DNA of 64,000 bases from Methanobacteriota archaeon (GTDB lineage Archaea > Thermoplasmatota > E2 > DHVEG-1): positions 128,001-192,000 of the forward strand of contig CAVYNH010000006.1 of assembly GCA_963769885.1 (NCBI GenBank), in the 5' to 3' direction. Within the stretch, counting starts at the first letter, position 1. Each line of letters opens with the position of its first letter. Below are positions 29,061 through 38,597 of this stretch, piece by piece. A program made the translations under genes and the position numbers. Below the pieces are notes generated by a model. The model was not told the origin of the DNA and ran no database searches. It saw nothing but the letters and a program-made list of their open reading frames with translations.

Positions 29061-29756
29061 GTGGTTGCAATGAAGAACCTCGATCGTGTAATGGAGGCGA
29101 TAGACAAGGATATTTCGGCGAAGGAGAAGGTCCGTGAGGCGGCGCTGCGGCTTTCGCGGGAGATTGTCATCACCTGCCGCCGGGCAATCCAGCATCTGCA
29201 TCGGGGGCTTGTGACTGAGTCCGAAGGGTTCATCGGTCAGGCCGCGGGGCTGCATACTGAGCTGATTGCGGCGACCAAGGACCACCAGGATATTTTCTAT
29301 GCGGGGTACGTGGAGAACGCGGAGCAGGAGTACGTCGAGGCGAGCGTCCTGATGAGCATCATGCAGGGGCGGGACTTGCCGGGTCCGCTGGAGCTTCAGG
29401 TGACGTCGAGTGCGTACCTGCTGGGGCTCTGCGATGTGGTGGGGGAGTTGCGCCGGGCGGCCTTGGATTTCATGTTGGCTGGCACGACCGCGAAGGCCTC
29501 GGAGTACCTCGAGATGATGGACCAGATCTATGATGCGGTCATGAGCTTCGATTATCCGTCGGGGCTGGTCCCGATTAAGAAGAAGCAGGACGTGATCCGC
29601 AGTCTGGTGGAGAAGACGCGGGGGGAGCTGGTCGTGGCGACATCGGAGCAGCGGATGGAGGGCCGGGCGCGTGAGGTGCACGGGTTGTTGGAGAAGGGGC
29701 GTCGGCGGTCGTCGTCGGATGAGGAGCCGGACCTTGACGTGGACAAGGTTTGGTGA
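29061..29756 (+). CDS. translin-family protein
   Basis: Motifs QEYVEA, YLLGLCDVVGELRR and KQD..R...EKT. Confidence 0.85.
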   Translation: MVAMKNLDRVMEAIDKDISAKEKVREAALRLSREIVITCRRAIQHLHRGLVTESEGFIGQAAGLHTELIAATKDHQDIFYAGYVENAEQEYVEASVLMSIMQGRDLPGPLELQVTSSAYLLGLCDVVGELRRAALDFMLAGTTAKASEYLEMMDQIYDAVMSFDYPSGLVPIKKKQDVIRSLVEKTRGELVVATSEQRMEGRAREVHGLLEKGRRRSSSDEEPDLDVDKVW

Positions 29757-29835
29757 ATAAATTCCCTTGATTCCTGGACTAAAAGAAATCCTTATAAATA
29801 CCCTTTATATACTATAAGGAGAGGAAATATCAATA

Positions 29836-30375
29836 ATGCCCGAGGTACAGGTGGAAAACATTGTTATTTCCTGCCCGATTGCGCAGACGCTCGACCTGGC
29901 CGCCCTCGCCTCAGCGTTGGCCCACGCGCGGTATAAGCCGGAGGAGTCGCCGGCGTTGATGATCCCTGTGTCTCGGCCTCGTGCCGCGGTGTTCTTGACT
30001 GCGACGGGGGAGATGACGGTGACTGGCGTGACGTCGCTGGCGGAGGGGGAGGAGGTCATCGGGATGATGCGTGAGCGGCTCGGGCTGCTTGGCGTCTCGG
30101 CGGTGCCGCATCCGGAAGTGACGGTGCGCAACGTGGTGGCGTCATTGGAGTATGGGGCGCCGTTGCCCTTGCGGTCCCTGGGCAGCTCGTTCGATGTGAT
30201 TCCTTCTGATCAGGAGGGGTTTCCTGGGTTAATGGTGCGCTCCGAGGACCCAAATACAGTTATACTCTTGTTTGATTCGGGGAAGATGGTCGCGGACGGT
30301 CCTTCGGTGGATGCGGTCTCGGCTGCGCTGACCCGGGTTGCGTCGCAACTAGCATCAGAGGTGAGAAGGAGTTAG
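29836..30375 (+). CDS. divergent TATA-binding-protein paralog
   Basis: Two TBP-like repeats (VENIV.S...LDL and NVVAS...FPGL...LLFDSGKMV); the first repeat is degenerate. Confidence 0.8.
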   Translation: MPEVQVENIVISCPIAQTLDLAALASALAHARYKPEESPALMIPVSRPRAAVFLTATGEMTVTGVTSLAEGEEVIGMMRERLGLLGVSAVPHPEVTVRNVVASLEYGAPLPLRSLGSSFDVIPSDQEGFPGLMVRSEDPNTVILLFDSGKMVADGPSVDAVSAALTRVASQLASEVRRS

Positions 30376-30390
30376 GAGGAAAGTTGGATC

Positions 30391-30942
30391 ATGCCGGAAG
30401 TAATCGTGGAAAACATCGTGGCATCGACGTCTTTTTCCGATAAGTTGGATCTGGACGTAATCGCCCAATCGCTGGAGGAAGCCGAGTATGAGCCGGAGCA
30501 GTTCCCTGGGCTCGTCTACCGGTTGAACAACCCGAAGACTGCGACTCTGCTGTTCCGGAGCGGGAAGGCGAATTGCACCGGGGCGAAGAACATTGAGGAT
30601 GTCCGGACGACGATCAACATCATCGCGGAGAAGCTGAAGAAACTGGGTGTGGATGTGTACAAGGACCCGGAGATCGTCATCCAGAACATCGTGGCGATCT
30701 CGGATCTCGGCGGTGAGCTGAATCTCAATGAGGTCGCGATGGCGCTGGGGCTGGAGAACGTGGAGTATGAGCCGGAGCAGTTCCCTGGTCTGGTGTATCG
30801 GATCAAGGAGCCGAAGGTGGCCATGCTACTGTTTGGTTCTGGGAAGATCGTCTGCACGGGCGCGCGGCGCATCGCGGACGTGTCGCTGGCGGTGGAGAAG
30901 CTGTCGCAGGAGCTGACGTCGCTCGGCTTGATCCATCATTGA
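30391..30942 (+). CDS. tbp: TATA-box-binding protein
   Basis: Two intact repeats of YEPEQFPGLVYR...P....LLF.SGK..CTGA. Confidence 0.97.
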   Translation: MPEVIVENIVASTSFSDKLDLDVIAQSLEEAEYEPEQFPGLVYRLNNPKTATLLFRSGKANCTGAKNIEDVRTTINIIAEKLKKLGVDVYKDPEIVIQNIVAISDLGGELNLNEVAMALGLENVEYEPEQFPGLVYRIKEPKVAMLLFGSGKIVCTGARRIADVSLAVEKLSQELTSLGLIHH

Positions 30943-31253
30943 CGGTTGTTGCGAGTTCCGGATACGGCCCCTTCGGATTTGTTATTTTTGTTGCATAGGT
31001 ATTTGGTTTTTTACTCGTACTATTGGCTCTTTGTGGTGGCTGCGGATGCGTAGATTTATGTACTCAGACGGGATATCAGCCTGCAGAGGGGTCTAATGAA
31101 AGAATATTAAGATCTGTTTCTTTTTCATTCTTTTCCTCCCAGACAATTAGACCCCTTTTCCTTTCACTTTCTCCCTTCTCTTTCCCTTATGAAAACGACT
31201 CTAGACTAGGTGAGTGGAAAAGGAAAAAAGAGGGAGGGGCGGCCTATAGTGGT

Positions 31254-31788
31254 TTAGACCGAGGCGTAAAAGTCTTTGAGTTCGTCGAGCTTGGGGTTGA
31301 GCATCCCGCAGATCTTGATGGAGAAGATGTCCTCCAGCAGGAGTGTCTCGCGGACGAGGGCGGAGTAGCGCTTGTTGATGAACTCGATGAACTTCTTGGC
31401 GCCGGAGATGTCTTTGGCCGTGAAGCAGATGATGCCGTCGGTACTGGCCGTGTAGGACGCAGGCGGTGCGGATATAGATGCCGATGGACTTGGCGCTGCT
31501 CTTTTTGAAGGCGTTGATGAGGTCTTCAACGGCGTTGCCCAGCGGCTCGTTTGACCGCTTGATGAGCAGGAAGTAGTGGCGGACACCTTGCTTCTCTTTA
31601 TCGGGGACCGCGGTGTACCCCCAGATGGTTTTGTTGCTTTCGAGCCGTTTTATGATTCGCCAGACCTTTTGCCTGGAGAATCCGCACTGTTTTGCTATTT
31701 TATCGATGCTTTCGTTTGAGTTGCGCTGAAGCTGCTCGATGACCTTCTTCTCGTCTTGATCGATTTGTTTTTTGCTACTTTTGGCCAT
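31254..31788 (-). CDS. Lrp/AsnC-family regulator with an apparent +1 frameshift at ~31440 (likely sequencing artefact)
   Basis: HTH IAKQCGFSRQKVWRIIKRLE. Removing one base at 31440/31441 joins LHGQY to DGIICFTAKD...FYASV. Confidence 0.8.
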
Positions 31789-32116
31789 AGGACTCTTGCC
31801 TCCTTGGGATTTTTTTCTCCTCTCTAGATTGTTTTACGGCGTGTTGGGTGTCTATCCTGGAGAAGGAAATCACCCGGGTCTGTGTTGGTTAAATGTTATT
31901 TTTGTGTTGTAACAGGCTATTACAAAGCTCCTTATAATGTTTTTGCACAACATTTATATTACGATTCAATTCTGCGGTATTCTTTGGACAAGAAAGACAA
32001 CTAACGTTCCCTATTTATAGATTTCCTTTTTTATTTATAGCGAATAGGCGAAAAGAACGGGGAAATCGGGTTTACCCCATGCATTAATATCATCCTATCA
32101 TATCCTGAGAAAAGCC

Positions 32117-32482
32117 ATGAACCCCTGCCAGGCCATCCGTTGCAGCTACTGCTGCCAGCACACCAACATGCTCCTCACCGCAGAAGACACGAAGCGCATT
32201 GAGGCTCTCGGACACCCCCCAGCCACCTTTCAGAAACCCGGGGCGCTCGGGATGCAGCTAAAGAACACCCACGGCCACTGCGTCTTCCTCAAGAACGGCC
32301 AGTGCACCATCTACGACGCGCGGCCGCAGGGCTGCCGGCTCTACCCGATCATCCACAACCGCACTCTCGGCGGGGCCATCTGCGACGACGCCTGCCCACG
32401 CCACACGGACTTCCCCCTAACACCGGAGACGAGACGGCAGCTGCGCCGACTCATCGAGACCCTGTTCCCCGACGGCCTCTAA
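32117..32482 (+). CDS. YkgJ-family Cys-cluster (Zn/Fe-binding) protein
   Basis: C...CSYCC, CVFL...CTIY..RP.GCRLYP. Confidence 0.85.
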   Translation: MNPCQAIRCSYCCQHTNMLLTAEDTKRIEALGHPPATFQKPGALGMQLKNTHGHCVFLKNGQCTIYDARPQGCRLYPIIHNRTLGGAICDDACPRHTDFPLTPETRRQLRRLIETLFPDGL

Positions 32483-32593
32483 CCCGATTTTTTTCATATT
32501 GCGGCCGAGGACGACGCCGAGCACCACCCGATCAGACCAACCTGCATGTACTACACGGGCTCCTTCGCCAGTAAAAGAAGCGGAGAACCCGCC

Positions 32594-33115
32594 TCACGCA
32601 GTAGTCCGGGGAAACCACAGGCCGCAGAAATCGAGGTAGACGCCGGAGAGCATATTGTTTTGATACTCGCTCTCATTCACCGTCCGGCCAGGGTTCACCT
32701 CACACGTCAATCTGAACAACCCGAGCTTCGGCAGATATCTAGAGTGAGTCAGACACGGAATCACCGTTTCCCCCACAGACAAGTGGCCGGCCACAAGCAA
32801 GGAATCTGACGCTACAGTCTTTGCCGTCGCCAACCGCTTGACCGAATAGGAGAGGGTGACCGGCCCGACGGCACTCTCGTTTCCGTCGTTGACGACGGCA
32901 GCAAAGGCATACACCTCGCAACCGTGCTCGCCGTAGTTCCACAAAAAACCGATGCTCTCAACCTTCAAATCAGGGAGCCCTTGGCGGAGAGGACACGGCA
33001 ATCCCGCCTTCTCCTCCGGCGCCATCATTGACGACGCCCGCACCTCAACCGCCCCAAAAAAAGCAAGAACCAGAAATACCGCACACAACGTCCCAACCAA
33101 AGGATACCTAACCAT
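32594..33115 (-). CDS. secreted CARDB-like domain protein
   Basis: Signal peptide; PDLKV, V.NDG and VNP...VNES.YQNN. Confidence 0.65.
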   Translation of the reverse strand: MVRYPLVGTLCAVFLVLAFFGAVEVRASSMMAPEEKAGLPCPLRQGLPDLKVESIGFLWNYGEHGCEVYAFAAVVNDGNESAVGPVTLSYSVKRLATAKTVASDSLLVAGHLSVGETVIPCLTHSRYLPKLGLFRLTCEVNPGRTVNESEYQNNMLSGVYLDFCGLWFPRTTA

Positions 33116-33207
33116 CCATACCAACCCTAAAAGAAGAAAAAACCTCAAGCTATTTAAAACTACGTACAGAGTATGGAAAAAACCAAATAAAACCAAAAAA
33201 AGGAGAA

Positions 33208-33281
33208 AGCCGCCGAAGGGATTTGGACCCCTGACCTGCTGATTACGAATCAGCCGCTCAACCGGGCTAAGCTACGGCGGC
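33208..33281 (-). tRNA. tRNA-Thr(CGT)
   Basis: GCCGCCG/CGGCGGC-T acceptor and CTGA-TT-CGT-AA-TCAG anticodon arm. The T-loop reads TCCAAAT, which is atypical. Confidence 0.88.
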
Positions 33282-33376
33282 AACCTTACCGCCCCTAATA
33301 CCGGAAGTACCATAAAAGAATTCTCATTCCTCCTCCCGCAACCTCTATCTACCGCCACCCCCAATACCACCCCACA

Positions 33377-34033
33377 ATGATCGCAGGCCTCGACGAAGCC
33401 GGACGCGGCCCCCTCCTCGGCCCCCTCGTCATCGCCGGACTCACCGTCACCACCGACGGCCCCCTCAAAAAAATCGGCGTCCGCGACTCCAAACAACTCA
33501 CCCCACAGCGCCGCGAAGAACTCACGGCCCAGATCCAACGCCTCGCCTCTCAGATCGAATACGTCATCATCCCCGCCGCCGACATCGACCGCCTCCGACA
33601 GCACAAGACCCTCAACGAAATTGAAGTCGACGCCTTCGCCCAGATCATCGACCGCCTCCGCCCCGACACCTGCTACGTCGACGCCGCCGACGTCCTCGAA
33701 GACCGCTTCGGCGCCGACATCAAAAAAGCCCTCACCTGCACCCCCACCATCATCAGCAAACACAAAGGCGACAGCCTCTACCCCGTCTGCAGCGCCGCCT
33801 CCATCCTCGCCAAAGTCACCAGAGACTACCATGTCCGCCTCCTCGAACAGGAACTCCAAGAACACCTCAATCTGCCCCTCGGCAGCGGCTACCAGACCGA
33901 CCTCCTCACCATGGACTTCCTGCGCGCCTGGCTGAAGAAATTCGACACCCTCCCCCCCTGTGTCCGCCACAGCTGGGAAAGCAGCAGACGCCTCATGCAA
34001 CACCACAAGACAAAGAAGCTCGACGAATTCTAA
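33377..34033 (+). CDS. rnhB: ribonuclease HII
   Basis: Motifs GLDEAGRGP, DSKQL, SAASILAKV.RD and GSGY. Confidence 0.95.
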   Translation: MIAGLDEAGRGPLLGPLVIAGLTVTTDGPLKKIGVRDSKQLTPQRREELTAQIQRLASQIEYVIIPAADIDRLRQHKTLNEIEVDAFAQIIDRLRPDTCYVDAADVLEDRFGADIKKALTCTPTIISKHKGDSLYPVCSAASILAKVTRDYHVRLLEQELQEHLNLPLGSGYQTDLLTMDFLRAWLKKFDTLPPCVRHSWESSRRLMQHHKTKKLDEF

Positions 34034-34134
34034 AAAAAATGTGAGGAAAAATGTGGCAGAAATGCCAGCAGACCTCGCTGGCAGTTCCCCCGCAACTCAA
34101 GTCATCTTACCACAGACATCCCGACCCAGCCTTA

Positions 34135-34183
34135 TAAACCCCCAGGGGGGGTCACCGAAACTATTCACCCCGATTGTCTCAAA
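34135..34183. repeat. copy B of the conserved fixed-spacing intergenic element
   Basis: Same four blocks and spacing as 15832-15880. Confidence 0.8.
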
Positions 34184-34244
34184 AGTCCCGATTCCCTCCT
34201 AACGAACACCCTCACTCCGAAAACCTAGCCAGAGAAAGTATTAC

Positions 34245-35486
34245 ATGACCACACACCATAAGACATCCCCGCTAATGCGCCGACCACCCACACATCGACC
34301 CGCACCATTCTCCACGCCCTTCATCCGAGCCACCACCCAGACCCTCGCCACCATCTTCTTCCACCACACCCTCGCCTCCAAAGCCATCGCCGCCACCCTC
34401 AAAACCCAACCCCGCTGGACCTCAGACGAACGCGCCACCTTCGCCACCACCACCTACAACCTCATCCGACACTGGCGCCTCCTCTGGTACCTCCAAGACC
34501 AACAACCCACCTGCCGCCAACACGATATCGCCAGACTCCTCACCACCTACCAAATCTACAAAAAAACACACACCGACCTCAAAAAACCCACTCCGCTCCG
34601 CGCCCGGCTCCGCCAAGCCAACAGCACCCGCGCCATCAAAGAATCCATCCCCGACTGGCTTGACGCCGCCTGCGCCGCCGAACTCGGCCCCCGCTGGAAC
34701 AACATCATCCACGCCCTCAACCAACCACCCACTCTAACCCTGCGTACCAACACCCTCAAAACCACCCGCGCCCGCCTCCTCCTCACCCTCAAAGAAGAAG
34801 GCATCCACGCCACCCCACTCCTCTGGGCGCCCGACGCCCTCTGCCTCCCCACACGGACCAACGTCTTCCGCCTCCCCAGCTTCCAAAAAGGCCTCTTCGA
34901 AGTCCAAGACGCCGCCTCACAGATGGTCTCCCGCCTCCTCGACCCCCAGCCCGGCATGCGCACCGCCGACGCCTGCGCCGGCGAAGGCGGCAAGACCCTG
35001 CACCTCGCCGCCCTCATGCACAACACCGGCCGCATCATCGCCCTCGACCCCCAACCCCATCATCTTCAGCAGCTCCGACGCCGCGCCACCCGCGCCGGCG
35101 CCGACACCATCGAAACCCGCACGACCTCAGCCAAGACCATCAAACGCCTCGCTGGCACCATGGACCGCCTCCTCATCGACGCCCCCTGCTCCGGCCTCGG
35201 CACCCTCCAACGCAACCCGGACATCAAATGGAAACTCACCCCAGACGCCCTCGAACGCCTCAAAAAAACTCAGCAAGACCTCCTCGGCACCTCCCCCCAA
35301 TCGCTTAAGTCGGGCGGCCGCTTCGTCTATGCCGTCTGCAGCATCCTCTACTCCGAAGGCGAACAGCAGATCGCCGTCTTCCTCACCCGCCACCCTACCT
35401 ACCAGCTCCTCCGGGAGCACCGCTACTACCCGGACGCAGACGGCACCGACGGCTTCTACATGGCGCTCCTCCAACGAACGGAATAA
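34245..35486 (+). CDS. RsmB/NOP2-family RNA m5C methyltransferase
   Basis: Motifs VQDAASQ, DACAGEGGKT, DAPCSGLG and YAVCS. Confidence 0.9.
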   Translation: MTTHHKTSPLMRRPPTHRPAPFSTPFIRATTQTLATIFFHHTLASKAIAATLKTQPRWTSDERATFATTTYNLIRHWRLLWYLQDQQPTCRQHDIARLLTTYQIYKKTHTDLKKPTPLRARLRQANSTRAIKESIPDWLDAACAAELGPRWNNIIHALNQPPTLTLRTNTLKTTRARLLLTLKEEGIHATPLLWAPDALCLPTRTNVFRLPSFQKGLFEVQDAASQMVSRLLDPQPGMRTADACAGEGGKTLHLAALMHNTGRIIALDPQPHHLQQLRRRATRAGADTIETRTTSAKTIKRLAGTMDRLLIDAPCSGLGTLQRNPDIKWKLTPDALERLKKTQQDLLGTSPQSLKSGGRFVYAVCSILYSEGEQQIAVFLTRHPTYQLLREHRYYPDADGTDGFYMALLQRTE

Positions 35487-35543
35487 AAAGGGGCCATCCC
35501 TTCCATAAATTCAATAAAGAAAATTGAGGAGGAAAAACAACCC

Positions 35544-36308
35544 TTGGAGATCCTCAGCTGGAATATCAACGGCATCCGCGCGGCAGAAAAAAAAGGATTC
35601 CGCACCTGGCTGCTCAAGGCCTCCCCCGACATCCTCTGTCTCCAAGAAACAAAAACCGACCTCGACGAGCTTCCCGCCTCACTACGCAACCTTCCCGGCT
35701 ACCACAGCGTCTGGAACCCAGCCGAACGTAAAGGCTACAGCGGCACCGCCACCCTCAGCAAACAGAAACCGCTCGCCGTTCACATCGGCATCGGGATAAA
35801 AGAATTCGACCACGAAGGCCGCATCCTCATCACCGAACACCCCGGCTTCACCCTCTTCAACATCTACTTCCCCAACGGCAAACAAAACAAGGAGCGCCTC
35901 GACTTTAAGATGCGCTTCTACGACGCCTTCCTCGACTACATCGACGCCTGGCGCGACACCCACGGCCACGTCATCATCGGCGGTGACTACAACACCGCCC
36001 ATACGGAAATCGACCTTGCCAGACCCGAACCCAACGCCAAGATCTCCGGCTTCCTCCCCATCGAACGACAATGGATCGACACCTTCGTCAGCCACGGCTA
36101 CGCCGACACCTTCCGAGCCTTCAACACCAAACCAGACAACTACACCTTCTGGGACCAACGCACCAACGCCCGCGCACGCAACATCGGCTGGCGCGTCGAC
36201 TACTTCTTCGTCGACACCGGCCTCCTGCCCCACGTTAAAAAGGCGTACATCATGCCAGAGACCACGGGCTCAGACCACTGCCCCATTGGCATCACCCTGA
36301 TCCCCTAA
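35544..36308 (+). CDS. xth: exodeoxyribonuclease III
   Basis: Motifs SWNINGIRA, LQETK, GDYN, GWRVDY and SDHCP. Confidence 0.95.
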   Translation: MEILSWNINGIRAAEKKGFRTWLLKASPDILCLQETKTDLDELPASLRNLPGYHSVWNPAERKGYSGTATLSKQKPLAVHIGIGIKEFDHEGRILITEHPGFTLFNIYFPNGKQNKERLDFKMRFYDAFLDYIDAWRDTHGHVIIGGDYNTAHTEIDLARPEPNAKISGFLPIERQWIDTFVSHGYADTFRAFNTKPDNYTFWDQRTNARARNIGWRVDYFFVDTGLLPHVKKAYIMPETTGSDHCPIGITLIP

Positions 36309-36333
36309 AAAAACCAAGAGCAGAGAAGAAATC

Positions 36334-37839
36334 ATGAACGACGCACTCGACTACATCACCAAAGAACAACACGACCTCACCCTCCTCGGCGGCATCAGCG
36401 CCCTCCTCAGCTGGGACCAAATGACCTACATGCCCCCCGCCGCCATCACCGAACGATCCGACCAAATCGCGTACCTCGCCAGAACTATCCACGAACGCAT
36501 CACCTCCGACACCCTCTACCACCACCTCACCACCCTCACCCAACCCACCACCCTCGCCAGCCTTTCCGACCCCCAACACCACATCGTCACCCGCCTCAAA
36601 AAAGACGTCGACAAAGCCAGAAAAATCCCCCCAGCCTTTGCCGAAAAACTCAGCAAAACCACCGCCCTCGCCTACCAATCCTGGCAAGACGCCAGAAAAC
36701 ACAACAAATACCAAGACTTCGCCCCCCACCTCCACCAAATCCTCGACCTCGAACGCCAATACACCGACTACATCCGCCTCCCCGGCCCCCCCTACAATAG
36801 CCTCCTCGACGACTACGAAGAAGGCATGACCACAGACACCCTCACCCGTGAATTCCACACCCTCCGCCCAAAACTCGCCGAGATCCTCGATCACATCACC
36901 GCCACCAAACGCTACCACACCCAAACCCCCCTCACCCGACCCATCCCCCTCACCCACCAACAAGCCCTCAGCGCCCACCTCCTCAAAACCATGGCCCTGC
37001 CCCCGGACGAAACCAGGCTCGACGTCTCCACCCACCCCTTCACCACCACCCTCGGCGACCAAGACGTCCGCATCACCACCAACTACGAACGCGACAGCCC
37101 CCTCTTCGCCTTCTTCTCCACCATGCATGAAGCAGGCCACGCCCTCTACGAACTCGGCCTCCCCAAAGGACCCTACCAAGACACCGTCATCTCCGACGCA
37201 CCCTCCCTCGGCATCCACGAATCCCAATCCCGATTCTGGGAAAACATGATTGGACGCAACAAACACTTCTGGACCTACTTCTACCCCCACCTCCAACGCA
37301 CCACCCCCACCTTCCAACACCTCAGCCTCGACGCCTGGTACCACGACATCAACCTCGTCAGACCCTCCCTCATCCGCATCGAAGCCGACGAACTCACCTA
37401 CTGCCTCCACGTCATCCTCCGCTACGAACTCGAACTCGACCTCATCGACAACAAACTCACCGTCAACGAACTCCCCCAAGCCTGGAACCAAAAGATGCAG
37501 CACTACCTCGGCATCACCCCCACCACCGACACCGACGGCGTCCTCCAAGACATGCACTGGAGCGGCGGCGACTTCGGCTACTTCCCCACCTACGCCATCG
37601 GCAGCATCTACGCCGCCCAACTCTACGACGCCATCGCCCGCGACCTCCCCACCCTCGACGACGACCTCACCCACGGCCGCCTCGCCCCAATCCTCAACTG
37701 GCTGCGCGAGCACGTCCACCAATACGGCCGGCTCGACACCGCCGACGAGATCATCAAACGCGCCACCGGCCACGGGTTGGACTCCCAGGTCTACGTGAAT
37801 TATTTAAAAAACAAGTACTATGCTCTCTACGACGTCTAA
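36334..37839 (+). CDS. carboxypeptidase, M32 family
   Basis: Motifs HPF, HEAGH, HESQS, IRIEADE, QDMHW and YFPTY. Confidence 0.95.
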   Translation: MNDALDYITKEQHDLTLLGGISALLSWDQMTYMPPAAITERSDQIAYLARTIHERITSDTLYHHLTTLTQPTTLASLSDPQHHIVTRLKKDVDKARKIPPAFAEKLSKTTALAYQSWQDARKHNKYQDFAPHLHQILDLERQYTDYIRLPGPPYNSLLDDYEEGMTTDTLTREFHTLRPKLAEILDHITATKRYHTQTPLTRPIPLTHQQALSAHLLKTMALPPDETRLDVSTHPFTTTLGDQDVRITTNYERDSPLFAFFSTMHEAGHALYELGLPKGPYQDTVISDAPSLGIHESQSRFWENMIGRNKHFWTYFYPHLQRTTPTFQHLSLDAWYHDINLVRPSLIRIEADELTYCLHVILRYELELDLIDNKLTVNELPQAWNQKMQHYLGITPTTDTDGVLQDMHWSGGDFGYFPTYAIGSIYAAQLYDAIARDLPTLDDDLTHGRLAPILNWLREHVHQYGRLDTADEIIKRATGHGLDSQVYVNYLKNKYYALYDV

Positions 37840-37852
37840 GGTGAAACCGCCC

Positions 37853-38530
37853 ATGTCCCAGCTCGTACTCATCCGCCACGGCCAATCCCAATGGAACCTC
37901 GAAAACCGATTCACGGGATGGGTCGACGTCCCCCTCTCAAAAAAAGGCATTGACGAGGCCATCGCCGCCGGCAAAAAACTCAAAGGCATGCGCTTCGACG
38001 CCGGATACGTCTCCCACATGCTCCGGGCCGTCCAGACACTCCACTACGTCCTCCTCGAGCTCCACGATCCCCGAACCCCCATCATCTACCATGAGGAGCC
38101 ACGCATCCATAACTGGGAACACCACTCCGGCAGCCTCGCCACAGAGCTGCCCATCTACCAGTCCGTCGAACTCGCTGAGCGGTACTACGGAGACCTCCAG
38201 GGGTTGAACAAGGACGAGACACGTAAAAAATACGGGGAGGAGCAAGTCCACATTTGGCGACGAAGCTACGATGTTCGTCCCCCAGGCGGCGAGTCCCTCA
38301 AGGACACCTGCGAACGAACGATCCCCTACTACCAGGCCTATATCGAACCCGAGATACGCAAGGGCAAGACCCTACTCATCGTCGCCCATGGCAACAGCCT
38401 GCGTTCCATCATGAAATACCTGGAGCAAATCCCCGATGAGACCATCCCCTCTGTTGAAATACCGACCGGAATCCCGCTTCTGTATAATTTTGAGCAAAAC
38501 GGGGAATATATAGGGAAAAGAACCCTATAG
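37853..38530 (+). CDS. gpmA: 2,3-bisphosphoglycerate-dependent phosphoglycerate mutase
   Basis: Motifs RHGQSQWN...FTGW.D, ERYYG.LQG, WRRSYD and AHGNSLR. Confidence 0.94.
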   Translation: MSQLVLIRHGQSQWNLENRFTGWVDVPLSKKGIDEAIAAGKKLKGMRFDAGYVSHMLRAVQTLHYVLLELHDPRTPIIYHEEPRIHNWEHHSGSLATELPIYQSVELAERYYGDLQGLNKDETRKKYGEEQVHIWRRSYDVRPPGGESLKDTCERTIPYYQAYIEPEIRKGKTLLIVAHGNSLRSIMKYLEQIPDETIPSVEIPTGIPLLYNFEQNGEYIGKRTL

Positions 38531-38597
38531 GCAAAACATAAATACCGCTTTTTTTATCTCGGTAACCTATTAATTTCATGCAGCCAGGAGCATTTTC

